IMG/VR virus record: IMGVR_UViG_3300042540_000681
Span: 1-64,000 of that record
Strand: one strand, 5' to 3'
From: an uncultured virus (IMG/VR IMGVR_UViG_3300042540_000681)
Taxonomy: Duplodnaviria > Heunggongvirae > Uroviricota > Caudoviricetes
DNA: 64,000 nucleotides
Below, one piece after another: positions 60,659-64,000 of the stretch. The notes below the pieces were generated by a model. It did no database searches and was not told where the DNA came from. It worked only from the letters and a program-made list of their open reading frames with translations. A program made the position numbers and the translations under genes. Every line of letters starts with the position of its first letter. Within the stretch, counting starts at the first letter, position 1.

Positions 60659-62317
60659 ATGGCAGTAGATGAACTGAACTTTGTAAAACTTGCTTTAGAG
60701 AATGGAGGATCAATTCATCCACTTATTCTTCCACACGAAGAACTTAAGGGACCAGCACTCACAAACCCTTCAATTTATCTTGATGGAGATAAGTTACTAG
60801 TTAATCTTAGAAACATTAATTACACTCTTTATCATTCAGAAAAAAGAAAATTTGAACATCCTTGGGGCCCTCTCGTTTATATTCATCCAGAAAACGATTG
60901 GCGTCTTCGCACTTGGAATTATCTGTGCGAAATGGATGATAATATGAGAATCAAATCTTATCATCGTATAGACACCTCAAGTTTTCCCGATAAAGAACTT
61001 TGGGATTTTGTGGGATTAGAAGATTGCCGTATTGTTCGTTGGAACAATAAACTCTATATGACTGGAGTAAGGAGGGATCTGGATACGATTGGAACGGGTC
61101 GTATGGAACTTTCCGAAATTGAATTTACCGAAAATGGTGTAAAGGAAGTAAGTCAACATCGTATTCCTGCCCCACCTCCAGACCAAGAGTATTGCAACAA
61201 GAACTGGATGCCTATTCTTGATATGCCATATCATTATGTGAAATGGACAAATGGTACTGAAATTGTTAGATATAATATTGATACGAATACTACAGAGACT
61301 GTTCTAAGAAGAGATTGGAAAGATTTTGGAACCACTGATCTTCGTGGTGGTTCTCAGATTATTCCTCTGGGTGACAATTATAGATTCTGTTTGACTCACG
61401 AAACTTATCTGACTCAAAGTGCCGCTGGAAGAAAAGATGGTGTGTATCGTCATCGTTTCATTGTCTGGGACAAGGAATGGAATATTGTTAAAGTATCAAG
61501 GCAATTCTCATTTATGAATGCCGAGATTGAATTTGCCGTTGGTATGGTAGAATATAAAGGTAATTATCTGATTACTTTTGGGTATCAAGATAATGCAGCA
61601 TATTTGGTTAAGGTATCCAAAGAATTTGTATTGGATTTTATTGGGATTGAAAATACATCAGAATCTCAACCAGAATCATTTCCGCCATTCACTGGATATC
61701 CTACAGAATCATTAGAAGGTCATATCTATTATACAAATGAAGAATGGACTTCACGACCTTTTTATGTCAACATTATTGAATTTCTCAAAGAAAGACAAAT
61801 CAAATCAGTTCTAGATGTAGGTGGATGCACTGGGGAAGTTCCTAAAATTATGTTTGATAAAATTTCATCATTGGAGACTGCTTTGATTCTTGAACCAGTA
61901 TCAGTAAACTTTAATTTTATTCAAGATAGATTTAAGAACGAATATCGTATTAAAGTAATTAATAAAGCACTTTATTATGGTGCTGACTTCATTTCATTGG
62001 GTCAATCTGATGGAAATGTAGGTGGATATAATATGCATTCCGATAATCATAATGTACAGTTCAACGACATTCCTACAACGACTTTAGAGAATCTTCCGAA
62101 ATACGATTTCCTTAAGATTGATATTGAAGGTGCCGAAAGAAATATACTAGAAAATGCAAGTTGTTTTGTAGACTTCAAATATATTGCAATTGAATTCCAC
62201 GATGAAATGGGAAGTACTTGGCCAGAATTGGTTGAGAAATATATTCCCACTCATAAGATTGCGGTGGATGGTAGATTGTATGGAAACCCAGAATCAGTAT
62301 TGCTTGAATTGAAATAA
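60659..62317 (+). CDS. Fusion: five-bladed beta-propeller carbohydrate-active domain (GH130-like) + FkbM methyltransferase
   Basis: NPSI, GLEDCRI, KNWMP, LRGGS, YRHRF, IEFAVG, FGYQD; C-terminal LDVGGCTG, LEP, LKIDIEGAE, IEFH. Confidence 0.7.
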   Translation: MAVDELNFVKLALENGGSIHPLILPHEELKGPALTNPSIYLDGDKLLVNLRNINYTLYHSEKRKFEHPWGPLVYIHPENDWRLRTWNYLCEMDDNMRIKSYHRIDTSSFPDKELWDFVGLEDCRIVRWNNKLYMTGVRRDLDTIGTGRMELSEIEFTENGVKEVSQHRIPAPPPDQEYCNKNWMPILDMPYHYVKWTNGTEIVRYNIDTNTTETVLRRDWKDFGTTDLRGGSQIIPLGDNYRFCLTHETYLTQSAAGRKDGVYRHRFIVWDKEWNIVKVSRQFSFMNAEIEFAVGMVEYKGNYLITFGYQDNAAYLVKVSKEFVLDFIGIENTSESQPESFPPFTGYPTESLEGHIYYTNEEWTSRPFYVNIIEFLKERQIKSVLDVGGCTGEVPKIMFDKISSLETALILEPVSVNFNFIQDRFKNEYRIKVINKALYYGADFISLGQSDGNVGGYNMHSDNHNVQFNDIPTTTLENLPKYDFLKIDIEGAERNILENASCFVDFKYIAIEFHDEMGSTWPELVEKYIPTHKIAVDGRLYGNPESVLLELK

Positions 62318-63660
62318 TGGAACATATTTGCGGAAGTGATAATTTTGGTGAAGGTTGGTTTTCTTATCCCAATCTTTACTCTAGAGTTGCAAAACGATTT
62401 CCTTCGGGAAGTCGTTTCGTAGAAGTTGGTTGTTGGAAAGGTAAATCGGCAGCATATATGTGCGTTGAGATTGCCAATTCCAATAAGGACATTGAGTTCT
62501 TCTGTGTAGATACTTGGGAAGGAAGTGTTGAGCACGAAGGAATGAAAGAGTTGCCAAAACTCTATGATATTTTTATTGACAACATGAGACCTGTTGAGCA
62601 ATATTATTTTCCTCTCAAGATGACTTCTCTTGAGGCAGTAAATAAATTCAAGGATAATTCTCTTGACTTTGTTTTCATTGATGCTTCTCATGAGTATGAG
62701 GATGTTAGAGATGATATTATTGCTTGGTATCCTAAAGTCAAACCAGGTGGAATTATTGCTGGTCATGATTATTATCACGAAGAATACGATTGGTTTCCAG
62801 GTGTAAAACGAGCAGTTAATGAATTGCTGACTGAATTTATTTCCGATGAAAAGTGCTGGATTCACTATAAACCAGATCCATCTAAACTGAAAAATCTACC
62901 TCCAGTTCATTATATTAGTGTTGAGTATTGTACCGAAAGAAGAGAAAAACTACATCAAAAGTTTGCTCAGTTTGGTATTGAGAATATTACAGGTCACATT
63001 TTTCAAAAGTATGATGATACTCAGCACGAAATTATATCAGATTATATTGATTATCTGACTATCGGTAGTAGAGGTCCTGTTACTTCACACCTGAAGGCAA
63101 TTAAAGAATGGTATGATAATACTAAGGAGGAAGTTGCTTTCTTCTGTGAAGATGATTTAAGTATGGACTTAATCCAATATTGGAACTTTACTTGGGATGA
63201 TTTTTATAATAGTCTTCCTGATGACTGGGAGATTGTTCAACTTGCTTGGTTGAGGTATGAGTTTAATACATTTAAGATTGGTTTCCGCAATCGTTGTTGG
63301 TGCGATTGGTCTGGTTGTGCGTATCTTATTAAAAGAGGATTTGTCAAAAAACTAATTGATACATATTATTATGATGGTAAGTTTCATCTAGATGTAAAAG
63401 GTGAGGATATTCATCTTAGAGAAGATTGGGCAAAGGTTCCTGTAATTGAAACAATTATATTCTCAGCATTAGGTAAAGTCTATACTGCTCCCTTATTCAC
63501 TGAAGATTTGAGTTTCCTACCTTCATATCTAGACCCAAATACAGAGGAGGGAAAGAAACAACCAATTCACGAGGCTCATTATGAATCTTATGACAATAAT
63601 GTAGATTGGTGGAGAAATATTGGTTCTACTCAAACAATTGAAGAATTTATGAGGGAATGA
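62317..63660 (+). CDS. Fusion: class I methyltransferase + GT25-like glycosyltransferase
   Basis: FVEVGCWKGKS, FVFIDASHEYE, KPGGIIAGHDY; then VHYISV..RR, TSHLKAI, FCEDD, LPDDWEIVQL. Confidence 0.85.
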   Translation: MEHICGSDNFGEGWFSYPNLYSRVAKRFPSGSRFVEVGCWKGKSAAYMCVEIANSNKDIEFFCVDTWEGSVEHEGMKELPKLYDIFIDNMRPVEQYYFPLKMTSLEAVNKFKDNSLDFVFIDASHEYEDVRDDIIAWYPKVKPGGIIAGHDYYHEEYDWFPGVKRAVNELLTEFISDEKCWIHYKPDPSKLKNLPPVHYISVEYCTERREKLHQKFAQFGIENITGHIFQKYDDTQHEIISDYIDYLTIGSRGPVTSHLKAIKEWYDNTKEEVAFFCEDDLSMDLIQYWNFTWDDFYNSLPDDWEIVQLAWLRYEFNTFKIGFRNRCWCDWSGCAYLIKRGFVKKLIDTYYYDGKFHLDVKGEDIHLREDWAKVPVIETIIFSALGKVYTAPLFTEDLSFLPSYLDPNTEEGKKQPIHEAHYESYDNNVDWWRNIGSTQTIEEFMRE

Positions 63661-63706
63661 TTAATAAACTAATAAAAATGAACAAAATTACTAATCGCAT
63701 AAAATA

Positions 63707-64000
63707 ATGAAAAATAACAAACTTGAAAACTTTCCATCAGTCTACTATGTTTCATTAGAAGAAAGCGTAGATAGGCAGCAAAATTTAGAGAAGCAGTTTG
63801 CCGAATATGGAATTACTCCAAAGGCAGTTATATCCAAAAGATATTCTGAGTCTGATGATGAAATTACCGGAAAATTTTTAGACCAAATGAATGGAGGGAC
63901 AATTGGTTGTGCAGTCTCTCACATTAAGGCAATTCGTAGATGGTACGAAGAAACCGATGAAGATTATGGATTCTTTTGTGAAGACGATTTAAGTCTTGAA
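63707..64000 (+). CDS. GT25-like glycosyltransferase, N-terminal part (runs off window end)
   Basis: Read by hand: FPSVYYVSLEESVDR...IGCAVSHIKAIRRWY..FFCEDDLS. Confidence 0.8.
   Translation, partial: MKNNKLENFPSVYYVSLEESVDRQQNLEKQFAEYGITPKAVISKRYSESDDEITGKFLDQMNGGTIGCAVSHIKAIRRWYEETDEDYGFFCEDDLSLE

Noticed and set aside
62251..62865. Minus-strand 204-aa ORF
   Set aside because: Antisense to a clear methyltransferase domain, with no motif

Overview
This window is a segment of a large T4-like (myo)cyanophage genome, probably freshwater, with every supported gene on the + strand. It has four parts. (1) 1-17277: a sugar-nucleotide, glycosyltransferase and methyltransferase cluster (gmd, fcl, epimerases, GT4/GT6/GT11/GT2-7/GT25, several SAM methyltransferases). 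(2) 17298-22889: a photosynthesis auxiliary region with two hli genes, psbA split by a 209-nt group I intron between codons 250 and 251, a free-standing NUMOD3/GIY-YIG-like endonuclease, an LpxH-like metallophosphoesterase, petF and an HNH nuclease. (3) 22945-51032: virion-appendage genes, including three proline-free Gly-X-Gln collagen-like fibre genes (3233, 1447 and 295 aa). Each fibre gene is followed by candidate adhesins (three LamG lectins; a Gly-rich/LamG protein; RCC1 propellers). (4) 51064-64000: a second modification cluster (TPR-GT, sulfotransferase, 2OG oxygenase, GT-methyltransferase fusions, GT25) interleaved with a third RCC1 gene and preceded by T4-type late promoter motifs. 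The leading hypothesis is a phage-encoded system that builds long Thr-rich collagen fibres, tips them with recombination-diversified RCC1/LamG binding modules, and decorates them with methylated or sulfated glycans. All family calls are by motif recognition only; no database searches were run.
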